Part shown: piece after piece, positions 16,783 through 27,372 of the stretch
How positions within the stretch are numbered: position 1 is the first letter of the stretch
How the letters are laid out: each line of letters starts with the position of its first letter
From: Candidatus Levyibacteriota bacterium
GTDB taxonomy: Bacteria > Patescibacteriota > Microgenomatia > Levybacterales > UBA12049
Assembly (NCBI GenBank): GCA_016182185.1
Contig: JACOXU010000001.1
Location: 466,915-530,914 of the forward strand
Direction of reading: 5' to 3'
Length of the DNA stretch: 64,000 bases
Program-made: the position numbers and the translations under genes
Notes under the pieces: model-generated
What the model saw: only the letters and a program-made list of their open reading frames with translations
The model's database searches: none
What the model was told of the DNA's origin: nothing

Positions 16783-19156
16783 AAATATTATTCCCTTGAT
16801 CAACAGAAACTGTGATTTTGTCGCCGCGTTTGATTTCTTCTTTTAAAATCTTCTGTGCAATGAGATCCTCTATATTATCCTGAAGATACCGGCGAAGGGG
16901 CCGGGCTCCGAACTGCTCATCAAATCCTTCATTTATAATCTTCTCAATTATTTTGCTATCAAAAGTGATTTCTATGTCTTTTTCCTTCATTTTCTTTTTT
17001 AATTCTTCAAGCATGAGTTTTGTAATTTGAGTTATTTCTTCTTTTTCTAAAGGTTTGAAAACTACAATAGCGTCAAAACGATTCAAGAGCTCAGGCTTGA
17101 AGATTCCTTTTGTCTGCAAAAACTCAAGAAGCTTATTCTGAAAGTTCTTGTCAATTTTGCCACCTTTTTCAATTTCTTCACGAATAAATTCTGAGGCGGC
17201 GTTTGAGGTGGCGATAATAATTGTATCTACAAAAGAAACTGTTCTGCCTTTATTGTCCGTAAGTCTGCCATCATCAAGAACTTGCAAAAACAAATCAAGA
17301 ATTTTTTTATCAGCCTTTTCAAATTCATCGAGAAGAACAAGTGAAAAAGGGTTGCTATGGACATCGTCGGCAAGACTTCCTTCCTTATCGTCCTCACCAA
17401 GTGAAAAACCAAGCAGTCTTTTATTCCCGTCGGAACCTGAGTATTCGCTCATATCAGCCCTTATCATTTTCCCCTCTCCCCCGAAATAAATCCTGGCAAG
17501 TGTCTTGGCTGTTTCGGTTTTCCCAACTCCGGTGGGGCCTAAGAAAAGAAATGAAATCGGTTTTTCTTTGACTTCAATCTCAGTCCTTATCCGCCTCATT
17601 GCTTCTGAAATGACACTTACTGCTTCATTCTGGCCAATAATACTTTTGTGCATTTCCTTCTCGAGGTTAAGAAGAAGTTCCTTTTCCTTACTGCTTGGTT
17701 TACCAACGGCAATTTTTGTTTTGTTTTCAACTTCATTGAGTATATCTTGCTCATTTACCGAATTTTTTCCAGAAAGCTTTACGGAAATTGAGGAATCATC
17801 AAGAAGAGTTACCGCAGAACCTGGCAAGACAAAATCAGGCATATATTTCTTGGAATACTTAAGTGAGGCCATTATAGCTTTGTAAGTCAGGTTAATTTTA
17901 TTTTTCTCTTCAATTCTTTGTGTATTGCTAAATAACATATTCAAGGCCAAATCCTGATTCGGCTCTGAAATTTTTACCGCATCAAAAACCTCCAAAAGGT
18001 CCTTCCTTTGTTCGATAAATTTCTTATATGCCCCTGGAGACACAGTAGCAACGATTCGAATTAATCCTCTTTCAAGATAAGGAACCAAGGCACCTGAAAG
18101 ATCAAGATGAAAAGATGATGCGCCCAAAATGTTCTCAAAATACGGTACAAAAATAATTATATTTCCGCTATGCGCAAGTTCTGCGATCAGATTGTTAAGT
18201 CTTTCTTCAAGTTCTCCTTGATCTTTGGATCCTGCCAGAAGCGCATCAACCATAAACTGAAAAAATCTCTGATGATACATGCTCCCGGAAAGTGTACCTG
18301 AGATACTGTCAAAGGCTATTGTTCTGACAAGTTCTCCTCTTCCGCTTCCTGCCTCTCCCACCAGAATCACGCTTTTTCGGTTATACAATGCTTCGATAAT
18401 CTCTTTATATTCAATCTCTCTATCATAAAGGACAGGTTTCTTCATATATATTTCGTATGTCAGATCAAGCATGTACTTTTTGGACTCAATTGTCCAGCCA
18501 ATTGCCCAATCTTCACCGATGCCCTCGCCTTCAAAATTAATCCTGTAAGGTTTTGGGCGCTCTTCATCCGGGAATCTGTTACGGGCCCAGCTTAATATGT
18601 GAAGGAGTTCTTCTTTCTTAAGATTTTTGTTGAATAATAATTTTTCATCATCTTCTATAAGTAGCAAATAGGCAACAAGAATATCCATTACGGTTACGAA
18701 TTCCCCTTTAACGTTTTTTGCGATTTCAAATGCAAAAGATGTAACTTTTTCTTTGGGTAAAAAAAGCAAAGGCACTTCTCCCTTCTTGATACCGGATTTT
18801 TCAAGAATAAAAAGAATACTTTCATTTGCAAAAAGTGCTTCTATGACTTTTGAGATTTTGTCACTTTTCAAAAAACTGCCTAGGCTTGTAAGCGTAAAAG
18901 ATCTAAAGATATCACTGCCATCATTTTCAGATATTAAAACCTTGGGTGTAATTCTTGAAATTTTAAAACGGAAAAATATTTCAAGCATAAGAAAAAGAGA
19001 AAGGAAGAAAATTGATAAACGAGAAGAGTAAGAAGGAAAAAAGCTGGTAGTAATATTTTCATAAAGAAGATAAATTAGAAAAATTAAGACAATCAATCTT
19101 AATATTCTTATTAGTAAAGAGGAATAAAAATTATATAGTCTTGCGTAATTTTCCAT
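16760..19156 (-). CDS. Membrane-anchored ClpA/B-family AAA+ ATPase with degenerate first nucleotide-binding domain
   Basis: Two N-terminal TM helices; NBD1 GEAGSGRGE / IIIFVPY (degenerate); NBD2 FLGPTGVGKTE, LLDEFEKA, FGARPLRR intact. Confidence 0.88.
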   Translation of the reverse strand: MENYARLYNFYSSLLIRILRLIVLIFLIYLLYENITTSFFPSYSSRLSIFFLSLFLMLEIFFRFKISRITPKVLISENDGSDIFRSFTLTSLGSFLKSDKISKVIEALFANESILFILEKSGIKKGEVPLLFLPKEKVTSFAFEIAKNVKGEFVTVMDILVAYLLLIEDDEKLLFNKNLKKEELLHILSWARNRFPDEERPKPYRINFEGEGIGEDWAIGWTIESKKYMLDLTYEIYMKKPVLYDREIEYKEIIEALYNRKSVILVGEAGSGRGELVRTIAFDSISGTLSGSMYHQRFFQFMVDALLAGSKDQGELEERLNNLIAELAHSGNIIIFVPYFENILGASSFHLDLSGALVPYLERGLIRIVATVSPGAYKKFIEQRKDLLEVFDAVKISEPNQDLALNMLFSNTQRIEEKNKINLTYKAIMASLKYSKKYMPDFVLPGSAVTLLDDSSISVKLSGKNSVNEQDILNEVENKTKIAVGKPSSKEKELLLNLEKEMHKSIIGQNEAVSVISEAMRRIRTEIEVKEKPISFLFLGPTGVGKTETAKTLARIYFGGEGKMIRADMSEYSGSDGNKRLLGFSLGEDDKEGSLADDVHSNPFSLVLLDEFEKADKKILDLFLQVLDDGRLTDNKGRTVSFVDTIIIATSNAASEFIREEIEKGGKIDKNFQNKLLEFLQTKGIFKPELLNRFDAIVVFKPLEKEEITQITKLMLEELKKKMKEKDIEITFDSKIIEKIINEGFDEQFGARPLRRYLQDNIEDLIAQKILKEEIKRGDKITVSVDQGNNISMRSQDS

Positions 19157-19159
19157 ACC

Positions 19160-19486
19160 TTAAATAAACAAAAATAAAATTATACCTATTGGCCAGAAAA
19201 TAAATGCCAAAAGAAATATAATTTCCAATGAAATAAGAGCGAGAAACAAGAGTATATCTGCAGTTATGACAAAGGTTTTTATAAACATGCCCATGGCAAT
19301 TGAAAATCCGACCAATCCTTTTCTGTATTCGTTTTTCCACGGCCTGAAATAAGTTCTAATAAGAATTGGGAGAGAAACCATTTTAAGAAATGAGTTATTT
19401 AATGAGGCAAAAAAGGCAAAAATTCCTTGAGGTGCTTCAATAAACCAGAATTTTATAAAAGTTAAAGGAAGGAATAGATAAAACAT
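19160..19486 (-). CDS. Small hydrophobic membrane protein
   Basis: 108 aa, hydrophobic; ends 3 nt before the start of the membrane Clp ATPase. Confidence 0.7.
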   Translation of the reverse strand: MFYLFLPLTFIKFWFIEAPQGIFAFFASLNNSFLKMVSLPILIRTYFRPWKNEYRKGLVGFSIAMGMFIKTFVITADILLFLALISLEIIFLLAFIFWPIGIILFLFI

Positions 19487-19555
19487 GGGCAGATTCTTTC
19501 TTCTAGTTTAAAAGGTTTCAACCTAAAATGCAATTTATCCCGATTTAATCAGAAT

Positions 19556-21838
19556 TTATTTTGGCGTACAAATAAGAGGACAGAACTGTAGATTTTTCTG
19601 ACCAGAAGAACATTTGGGATCAATAACGCAATTGAAGGTAACTATTGGAGTTGGCGTGGGAGTCGGGCTCAATCCTCCTACTGGTCCTCCTGTTGGAATT
19701 GGTGTATTTGTCGGAATGGGAGTCGGTGTGGGCGTTGGAATAACAGGCTGTGTCACAATTACCGGAGGCGTCGTGGAAGGAATAGGAGGAAGCGGTAAAA
19801 TTACCGGCACATCAAAATTGGTAATTGTTATTGTTATTGGATTTATAGTAAATCCGGTTATATTAGTTATCCTAATTATGTATGTTCCGGGTAAAAGATT
19901 GGGGAAAACGAGAGTACCTGAGGAATTCGTTACCCCGCTTGAATTAATAAGGCCGGTAAGAGTTACTGTTGCTCCCTGATATGGAATATCTCCATTGTCA
20001 AAAACATTTCCGCTGTTATTCACATCTGTCCAGACCTGAACAGAAATATTAAACCTGATTGGCGCTTTGGTTACCGTCGGTGTGGGAGATATGGGCGTTG
20101 GGGAAATCCCAGGAGGAAGTGTAACCGTGGGCGTTATGGAGCCTGTGGGAATCGGTGATCCACCTGCGCAAATTGGAGTCTGGCGAGGAATATTTTGACA
20201 ATACGCGCCAGTTTGCGTGCTGTCGGGTTGTTGATCCATTTCTGTTGCCTGAAGCGCACTCTTGACAGTCTCACAATCTGAAGAACCCGAAGAATACAAA
20301 TCATTACATGCCTGAAGCATACTGTTATACATTGACTTGAAATTTGAGGTTGAAGTAAGATATCTTGTCAATGCCTGATAAACTACCGCAGAGCTCTTGT
20401 CTCTACCAACTCCAACAACGGAACACCCGTTAAAATTGTCGCCATCAGTCATGAGATAAAAAGCCTTATTCATGATCCCGCTATTTCTGTGCACTCCGCA
20501 CCAGTCATTTGCTTTAGCACAGCCAGACGATAAGCCACTACATGAATATAGAGAAGAAAAAAGTCTATCGGGCTGATTTTTAAGAGGTGGATTATTCATA
20601 TATCTGATTATTCCAATTGCACTTCCTTCTCCCATTGTCCAGTTATTATCAAGATCACTACCAAAAATATCAGATATGCTTTCATTAAGAGCTCCTGATT
20701 GAGCGTTATACTGCAATCCTGCTGTATATTGAGTTACGGCATGAGTAAGTTCATGCGCTGTAATATCTTTTATTACCATATTTGTACAAAATCTCATTTC
20801 ACTGCTTTGTCCAACCCACGAGGCATTTGGGCAGCTCATTGGATAATGCATCTTTCCTTTCAAAACTGCACCTTGATTGTTGTAGCTGTCTCTTCCAAAA
20901 CTATTAAAATAAAAGTTGTAGGTATCTCCAAGAAAATCATAAGCATTATCAACATCACTATCTCCAGTTGGTGGACTCCCTTCCGGTCTTACTAAAATAC
21001 AGCTGCCTCCTGAACAATCGTAGGCTTGTCTATTCAAGACATCCATAATGTTTGATAATTTATATAATATTTCACCTTTTTCGAGATCAATGAAATACAT
21101 CATAGAAAAAGTTGGTTGATTATCGCTAGAATCAATCTGCATTCCCAAAGCTAAATGATTTGTTTCATCATCCGAGATCCCAAGCACCTTTTTATTTAAA
21201 ATATACCTCTGACCTTTAATAATCTTAAATTGAGTAGCACCCGGCACTTCTTTTTGCACATCATTTAAGGCAATCTGTCTTGCCTGATCTTCTGTTATTT
21301 TTTGTACGGTAGTGGTTTTTGTATTAACTAAATTACCGGATACTGAATAAATTTCATTCTTGTTTCTTAAATGAACAGCAAGTTGTGCTCCGTAAATTGG
21401 TATTTCATTTATTTTCTGTTCGAAAAAATAATGCTCATTTGAGATATTTATATTTTTATTTTTTAAAAATGGATCTTCGCTGTCTTTCTCGCTTCTTGTT
21501 AAATCAGAATTTTTATTAAAATCTTCAGGAAGTAATTTTATCTTGTTAAAAGGGGCATTCTTATCAATAAAATCCCTAACCGCATTTATGCCTTCTTTTG
21601 AACTTTTATAGAGATAGCCGCTATCTTTCTGAAGAACAAAGTAGTTTGTTTGATCATCCGGTGCTACTTTGGAATAGTCTGATAAATTTTTAATATTTAA
21701 AGATGGATTTAAGATGCTCGAAAGAAAGAGAATTAGAACAGGAATAAGAACTGCCAGTGAAGAAATTAAAACGGGAATTATTACTTTTTTTTGACTGAAT
21801 AATTCTTTTATTTTCAGAAAATAATTTTGGAAAAACAT
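19556..21838 (-). CDS. M4 family (thermolysin-like) metallopeptidase with N-terminal anchor, propeptide and Pro/Thr-rich C-terminal extension
   Basis: NASW, AHELTHAVT (HEXXH), GALNESISD, GVHRNSGIMN; PT-rich linkers and an SdrD-B-like beta domain. Confidence 0.93.
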   Translation of the reverse strand: MFFQNYFLKIKELFSQKKVIIPVLISSLAVLIPVLILFLSSILNPSLNIKNLSDYSKVAPDDQTNYFVLQKDSGYLYKSSKEGINAVRDFIDKNAPFNKIKLLPEDFNKNSDLTRSEKDSEDPFLKNKNINISNEHYFFEQKINEIPIYGAQLAVHLRNKNEIYSVSGNLVNTKTTTVQKITEDQARQIALNDVQKEVPGATQFKIIKGQRYILNKKVLGISDDETNHLALGMQIDSSDNQPTFSMMYFIDLEKGEILYKLSNIMDVLNRQAYDCSGGSCILVRPEGSPPTGDSDVDNAYDFLGDTYNFYFNSFGRDSYNNQGAVLKGKMHYPMSCPNASWVGQSSEMRFCTNMVIKDITAHELTHAVTQYTAGLQYNAQSGALNESISDIFGSDLDNNWTMGEGSAIGIIRYMNNPPLKNQPDRLFSSLYSCSGLSSGCAKANDWCGVHRNSGIMNKAFYLMTDGDNFNGCSVVGVGRDKSSAVVYQALTRYLTSTSNFKSMYNSMLQACNDLYSSGSSDCETVKSALQATEMDQQPDSTQTGAYCQNIPRQTPICAGGSPIPTGSITPTVTLPPGISPTPISPTPTVTKAPIRFNISVQVWTDVNNSGNVFDNGDIPYQGATVTLTGLINSSGVTNSSGTLVFPNLLPGTYIIRITNITGFTINPITITITNFDVPVILPLPPIPSTTPPVIVTQPVIPTPTPTPIPTNTPIPTGGPVGGLSPTPTPTPIVTFNCVIDPKCSSGQKNLQFCPLICTPK

Positions 21839-22360
21839 TTATTTCTTAATTATTTTAAGCTTCAGCATATCTTTGGCCGGATTGTCAATAATCTCGATTT
21901 CATAACCATAAGCTTCCTGTTTGGTAATACACTTCCCGGTAATTCCGCCACACGAATAATCCAATATTTTTTTCTCCCCATTCATCGCTATCTCAAGAAC
22001 ATTTGATGTTACGCAATCATAACAGTTCTCTCCCGGGATATCGGCACTTGCATAAGTTATTGAAATTTGAGTGTCCGGAATTGTAATTGTCTCCTTTAAT
22101 TTTAAAATAAGAATCAACTCATTTGTCCCTTGAGTTGGAATTGGCACAGCTGTTGGGGTAACATTAGGAATCGGCTTGGGAGGAGTTTGTTTAGTTTGAC
22201 TCAAAAACCAAAAAGAAAGTGAACCAAAAATTATTAATACAAACAAGAAAAGCAACAGGGCAATTTTTTTTGAATTTAGGAAAGGAGATTTGGGATTTGT
22301 TAAACTAGGATCGGGACTTGCAATTGGAATATTTTGAGGATTTATGTTTTCATCACTCAT
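21839..22360 (-). CDS. Hypothetical membrane-anchored protein
   Basis: One TM helix, PT linker, small domain with four Cys. Confidence 0.7.
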   Translation of the reverse strand: MSDENINPQNIPIASPDPSLTNPKSPFLNSKKIALLLFLFVLIIFGSLSFWFLSQTKQTPPKPIPNVTPTAVPIPTQGTNELILILKLKETITIPDTQISITYASADIPGENCYDCVTSNVLEIAMNGEKKILDYSCGGITGKCITKQEAYGYEIEIIDNPAKDMLKLKIIKK

Positions 22361-22366
22361 ATATTT

Positions 22367-24970
22367 TCAATTTTGCGGCTGCATCTGTGTACCACCAACA
22401 CCTTGGACTGACGGCTGGCTTGGTTGCGCTGGCTGTTGAGGATTGATACCGTTTGCCGGAGGAACTTGTCCAGATCCATTTTGAACAACTCCCGGCTGGT
22501 TTGATTGCTCAATATTTTGCGGATTAGCTTGTGAGGTCTGTGCTGTTGATGCGGTTTTTGTAAAAATAAATTCTTGCTTTGTCTGATCAAAATTAATCAG
22601 AATCTTATCTCCTGAGACAAAAGTTTTGTTGATAATAAGAATTGCAATTGGATTTTCTATTGCGCTTTGAATAAGACGTCGCAACGGCCTTGCTCCGTAA
22701 ATCGGATCATATCCTTCTCTGGCAAGCTGATTAAGTGCTTCTTGTGTAACAGATATGTCAATCCCTTGTTGATTCAATAATTTTTGGGTTGCCTTTATGC
22801 CAAGGAGAGCCACTTCGTTCATATTCTTCTGAGATAAAGGTTCAAAGATTACCACGCCATCGAATCTGTTTAAGAGTTCCGGCTTGAAAAACTTTCTAAG
22901 CTCAACAAGCAAAATTTTAGACAATTCTTCAAATTTTTTAGCAACGTCTGATTGAATTTCTGGTTGTCCAAGTTTGGTTTGAGCTGACTGTTCTTTCTTG
23001 GTTGATTCAAGTTGCTGCTGAATAAGGGAGCTTCCAATATTGGATGTTGCAATAATAATAGTATTTTTAAAAGAGATCGTGTTGCCTTTATTGTCTGTAA
23101 GCCTTCCGTCTTCAAGAAGCTGGAGTAAAATATTGAAAACATCAGGGTGTGCTTTTTCTATTTCATCAAGAAGGACAATTGAGTAGGGTTTGGTTCTAAC
23201 TGCTTCGGTCAGTTGTCCGCCCTCTTCATACCCTACATATCCAGGAGGCGCTCCGATCAATTTAGAAACCTCGTGTTTCTCCATATATTCACTCATATCA
23301 AGTCTTACCATAGCTTCTTCTTTACCAAACAGTATCTCACCCAACGTTTTCGCAAGTTCGGTTTTACCAACTCCAGTTGGACCTAAAAAAATAAATGAGG
23401 CAATTGGCCTATTTGCGCTTGAAAGTCCTATTCTTCCGCGCCGTACAGCTTCTGCAACAGCTTTGACTGCCGTTTCCTGATTTATCAATCTTTTGTGGAT
23501 CGTGTCTTCAAGATGTAAAAGCTTCTCGCTTTCATTTTCTGTAAGTTTGGTGATAGGAATTCCCGTCCAGTTGCTTACTACTTTCTCGATGTCACTTCTT
23601 GAAACTGCATTGTCAGACCTTTTTCCTTCATTCTGACCAAGTCTGACTTCTGCAGCTGCTTCATCCAGAAGATCTACGGCCTTATCAGGAAGATATCTTT
23701 CTCCGATATAGCGTTTTGAAAGATATACAGCTGCCTTGAGTGAATCCGGAGGAAAAGTAACTTTGTGGAATGCTTCGTACTTAGGCTTTAACACATTTAA
23801 CATCTCTACCGCTGTATCCTCATCAGGCTCTGTAACAATTACCGGTTGAAATCTTCTCTCAAATGCTTTGTCTTTCTCGAAATGTTTTCTGTACTCAGAA
23901 GTTGTTGTAGTTCCGATTATTTGAAGCTGGCCACGAGCCAAGAACGGCTTAACTATATTTGAAGCATCCAAGGCACCCTCTGTATCTCCTGCGCCTATTA
24001 ATGTATGAATTTCATCGATGAATAAAATGACCATCCCGGCTGCAGATTGTGTTTCTTTGATAAGACTTCTTAATCTTTCTTCAAATTCTCCTCTATGAGA
24101 AGCTCCTGCCACAAGGGAGGATAAATCAATTTGAATAATCTTTTTCTGCAACAGATCTTTTGGAGCGGAGCCGTCTACTATTTTTTTTGCTAAGCCTTCA
24201 ACAATCGCAGTCTTTCCGACTCCTGCTTCTCCGATTATAATTGGATTATTTTTCGTTCTTCTAAGAAGAATGTGGATCACTCTTTCGATTTCTTTGTCTC
24301 TTCCTGCGATCGGATCTAGTTGTCCGTTTTTCGCCTGTTCGGTAAGATCTATGCCATAACTTTCAAGAGCGGATTTTTTACCGGAAACGTAGGTCGAATT
24401 CTTTGACAGTTTGTTTTCAAGATCTTCTTTTTTAATTCCTTGGGTACTTAAATAATTAGCAGTCGCAATATTTTGCGAAAAAAGTGCAAGAAGAATATCC
24501 TCAGGACTTATAAATTCTACCCCTCTTTTTTTGACCATTGAATACGCATCTTCAAAAATTTTTTTCGAGGGCTCAGAAAGTGTGGGCTCGTCTGTAAATT
24601 GACCCGTCATTTCTTTCCCTTCGATTTCTTTAATGATTTTTGTTGGATCCGAAGAAAATTGAGAAATAAGTCTAAATATTTCTCCGTCAAATAAAAGTCC
24701 GTACAGAATTTGTTCGGGTTCAATAAGAGCCTGTTGAATCCTTTTAGTTTCTTTTTGAGCAAGTTGTAAAACCTGAGTTGCTCTTGTATCCAAATGCGAC
24801 ATGACCGAAAGATCCTGTCTGAGTATCGGATCCATAGCAGAACCAACTATATTCTGACTCTGAGATTGGACCGGAGCTGATCCAGAAGACATTAAAGGCG
24901 CTTGAGATTGAGGAGCTTTTGACTCATCAACTACTGAAAATTTTGATGATCCAAACAAATTTCCAAACAT
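22367..24970 (-). CDS. ATP-dependent Clp ATPase subunit (ClpC/ClpB-like)
   Basis: Clp N repeats, RRTKNNP, GEAGVGKT, LFIDEIH, YLPDKAVDL, GPTGVGKTE, GAPPGYVGYEEGGQLTE, YGARPLRR; Gln/Pro-rich tail. Confidence 0.95.
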   Translation of the reverse strand: MFGNLFGSSKFSVVDESKAPQSQAPLMSSGSAPVQSQSQNIVGSAMDPILRQDLSVMSHLDTRATQVLQLAQKETKRIQQALIEPEQILYGLLFDGEIFRLISQFSSDPTKIIKEIEGKEMTGQFTDEPTLSEPSKKIFEDAYSMVKKRGVEFISPEDILLALFSQNIATANYLSTQGIKKEDLENKLSKNSTYVSGKKSALESYGIDLTEQAKNGQLDPIAGRDKEIERVIHILLRRTKNNPIIIGEAGVGKTAIVEGLAKKIVDGSAPKDLLQKKIIQIDLSSLVAGASHRGEFEERLRSLIKETQSAAGMVILFIDEIHTLIGAGDTEGALDASNIVKPFLARGQLQIIGTTTTSEYRKHFEKDKAFERRFQPVIVTEPDEDTAVEMLNVLKPKYEAFHKVTFPPDSLKAAVYLSKRYIGERYLPDKAVDLLDEAAAEVRLGQNEGKRSDNAVSRSDIEKVVSNWTGIPITKLTENESEKLLHLEDTIHKRLINQETAVKAVAEAVRRGRIGLSSANRPIASFIFLGPTGVGKTELAKTLGEILFGKEEAMVRLDMSEYMEKHEVSKLIGAPPGYVGYEEGGQLTEAVRTKPYSIVLLDEIEKAHPDVFNILLQLLEDGRLTDNKGNTISFKNTIIIATSNIGSSLIQQQLESTKKEQSAQTKLGQPEIQSDVAKKFEELSKILLVELRKFFKPELLNRFDGVVIFEPLSQKNMNEVALLGIKATQKLLNQQGIDISVTQEALNQLAREGYDPIYGARPLRRLIQSAIENPIAILIINKTFVSGDKILINFDQTKQEFIFTKTASTAQTSQANPQNIEQSNQPGVVQNGSGQVPPANGINPQQPAQPSQPSVQGVGGTQMQPQN

Positions 24971-24999
24971 ATATCTAATATTTATCTTAGCATTTCTTT

Positions 25000-27372
25000 T
25001 TATGGATTGCCATTCTCCTCTGGTGTTTCTTCGTTATTATTTTTTTCATCTTCACTTAACGATTTTTGCTCTTGCATCTCCATCTCTTTGGGTTTTTCTT
25101 CTTTGGCCTTTGCAGTATCGACCATGGTTTCTTCCTCTTCCTCCTTTTTATCAATTTCTGAAATTATATCTTTGGCTGCTTCAAGCTTGGCCTTAAGATA
25201 TGCAATTACCTCTGTTTGAGCAAACCCTCCAATTAAGAGGAAGGGCAATATGGCGCCTACTGCCTCCATGCCTTTTGAAATACGTTGGGCATCAGCCGAA
25301 GTAAGTAGATTGATTATTTCTGTGATTTTATCAATATCAGTCTTAAGCCAGTCTTTTCTGCTTCTTTCCTTGCCCTCGATAGTTTTTGGCGGTTCAAGTT
25401 TTTGGTAGTTTTCCTGCCAGATCTTTTTGACTGATTCATAGTCATCTATGCTTACTGTTTGTATTCGATTTGCTACAGGGAAAGATTTTGCACCGAGCTC
25501 TTTAGCTCTTGAGATGTCGGCGCTTTCCAAAACAGATGCTGCAAGTGTACTTCCTTTTTCTTTGGCTTCCATTAATTGCTCTTTGAGGGTTTCATCAGGT
25601 GACTGTCCGGATGTAAGTGCGGTCATTATTGAGGAAGCCAGAGGATCCCCTCTTTGTTGAGCTTCAATAAGCGAATTCTTAAGATTATTAAGTTTTGCTC
25701 GCTCAGTCAGCGAACTTACACTATCAAGACTATTTATTTTATTAAATACTGTGGTAAGTCTACTTGTTTCTCTCTGGCGCTCAAAAGAAGAAGCACTAAC
25801 TCTGGTTTTTGAAACAGTATTTACGGCGGATAATATTGAGGAAGCCAGGGGGTCTCCCTTCTGAGCTTCCTGTTTAAGTCTTTCCTGCATAAGAGAAAAG
25901 TGTTGTCTCTGTGCAGGCAAAGCTACGAGCCGTGGGTTAGCAATACTTTCAAGCGTCTCATGAACTTTTGCCACTTGTTCATGCCTTGAAATATCCCGCG
26001 ACAACAAAGACGTTTCATATTTTGCAATATCAGTCATCTTGGGAACACTAAGATTCGCAAGATGAAGTATCTCAGACGTTGTCTGAGTACCCCTGACATT
26101 TGCTACTTGTGCTTGAATATCAGCCTGAGAAACCTTAAGATCAGGTATTTCAATTTTACTCGCAGTATAAGGTAATGGACGTGCCATGCCAGTAGGCTGG
26201 AAAAGCGGCGGTATCGGAGCCTGAGGTGTTTTAGGCGGAGGCGTAACTTTATTAACAAACGATGATCCTCCGGCTATAACTTGTTTAATAAATGTGTTTT
26301 CACTAAACGAAAAGTTGTTGAGGTAATCCAAGAATATCTGAAGAAGAAGAAATGGCAAAATAATTACGACCCAAAGCATCAGAAGTGCCACAACATAAAG
26401 AGCGAATGTATCTTTGTTGTTAACACTATTTGTCAAAGACAAAATCTGTCCGGGTCCTCCCAAAAGAATATTGATAGCTGTTGGATAAATAACATTATTT
26501 GGAATAAAGTTAAATTTCATTGGAATTCCCGAACGCCATACTGCAACTAAACCGGAGAGAAAAATTGCAAAAAGCGGTGCATAAAGCAACCATCTGAAAA
26601 ACTCACCTACCCAAATTTTGGCTGTATTTCGAATTGGTGAGTATAAAATAAGAAGTGGAAACACCGGAGATATAACAATAAAGAACCAGAGGATTATCTT
26701 ACGAAGAAGAAGGATTCCAACCATCACATAATACGTGATAGCGGTAAGTCTGACAAGAAGAAGTGAAATAAATGCTGATTCATCGTTTGCCGACCCAAAT
26801 TTGCGGTATCCTTCAAAACTTGAATAATCAAAACCAATATATAATAGGTCTTTTTGACAAATGTTAACGCATCCCGGAGATTGGCTTTTTAAGAAAAACC
26901 CTTGCACAGCATCATTTATTTGATAAATAAATTGAATAAGTGCAAATGAAAATGTTACTAAAAGAAGAATTATTATAAATCTGGGAATAAATTTCATGAC
27001 AGTAATATTCCTTCCCCGTGTAACTATGATTACAAAAGCTGTCACAAGAACAAGAAGTGCAAAAAAGGCATAGACAATATTTCTAATATCTGCCCAGAAG
27101 GAGGACAGAGGATTATTCTGCCCTCCTGTGACAAAAGACCAGTTGTAATTCTGAAGGGTCCAATCAAGAAATTCTCCAGACCGGGCACCCGTCTTGCCGA
27201 CGAAAGTAACCTCATCATCCTTGACCCATTGTCCCTCCACAGATCCCGTAGGAGTTGGCGTCTGTGCATTGACGCTTACGGAAAAAATGAAAAATTGAAA
27301 AATAATTATAAGAAGACCTAGAAAAACAGGCAGAATTTTTCTAAAATCGGGCAGGAATTTCTTCATATTCAT
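25000..27372 (-). CDS. Large polytopic membrane protein, VirB6/TrbL-like, with long cytoplasmic tail
   Basis: Signal-like N-terminus, multiple TM helices with LLLRKIILWFFIVISP pattern, repeated GDPLASSI units in the tail; overlaps the upstream pilin-like gene. Confidence 0.5.
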   Translation of the reverse strand: MNMKKFLPDFRKILPVFLGLLIIIFQFFIFSVSVNAQTPTPTGSVEGQWVKDDEVTFVGKTGARSGEFLDWTLQNYNWSFVTGGQNNPLSSFWADIRNIVYAFFALLVLVTAFVIIVTRGRNITVMKFIPRFIIILLLVTFSFALIQFIYQINDAVQGFFLKSQSPGCVNICQKDLLYIGFDYSSFEGYRKFGSANDESAFISLLLVRLTAITYYVMVGILLLRKIILWFFIVISPVFPLLILYSPIRNTAKIWVGEFFRWLLYAPLFAIFLSGLVAVWRSGIPMKFNFIPNNVIYPTAINILLGGPGQILSLTNSVNNKDTFALYVVALLMLWVVIILPFLLLQIFLDYLNNFSFSENTFIKQVIAGGSSFVNKVTPPPKTPQAPIPPLFQPTGMARPLPYTASKIEIPDLKVSQADIQAQVANVRGTQTTSEILHLANLSVPKMTDIAKYETSLLSRDISRHEQVAKVHETLESIANPRLVALPAQRQHFSLMQERLKQEAQKGDPLASSILSAVNTVSKTRVSASSFERQRETSRLTTVFNKINSLDSVSSLTERAKLNNLKNSLIEAQQRGDPLASSIMTALTSGQSPDETLKEQLMEAKEKGSTLAASVLESADISRAKELGAKSFPVANRIQTVSIDDYESVKKIWQENYQKLEPPKTIEGKERSRKDWLKTDIDKITEIINLLTSADAQRISKGMEAVGAILPFLLIGGFAQTEVIAYLKAKLEAAKDIISEIDKKEEEEETMVDTAKAKEEKPKEMEMQEQKSLSEDEKNNNEETPEENGNP

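Noticed and set aside
19614-20160. Pro/Thr codon repeats (also about 44300-44420 and 52550-52710) as DNA repeat elements
   Set aside because: Explained by low-complexity PT linkers of surface proteins; synonymous positions vary
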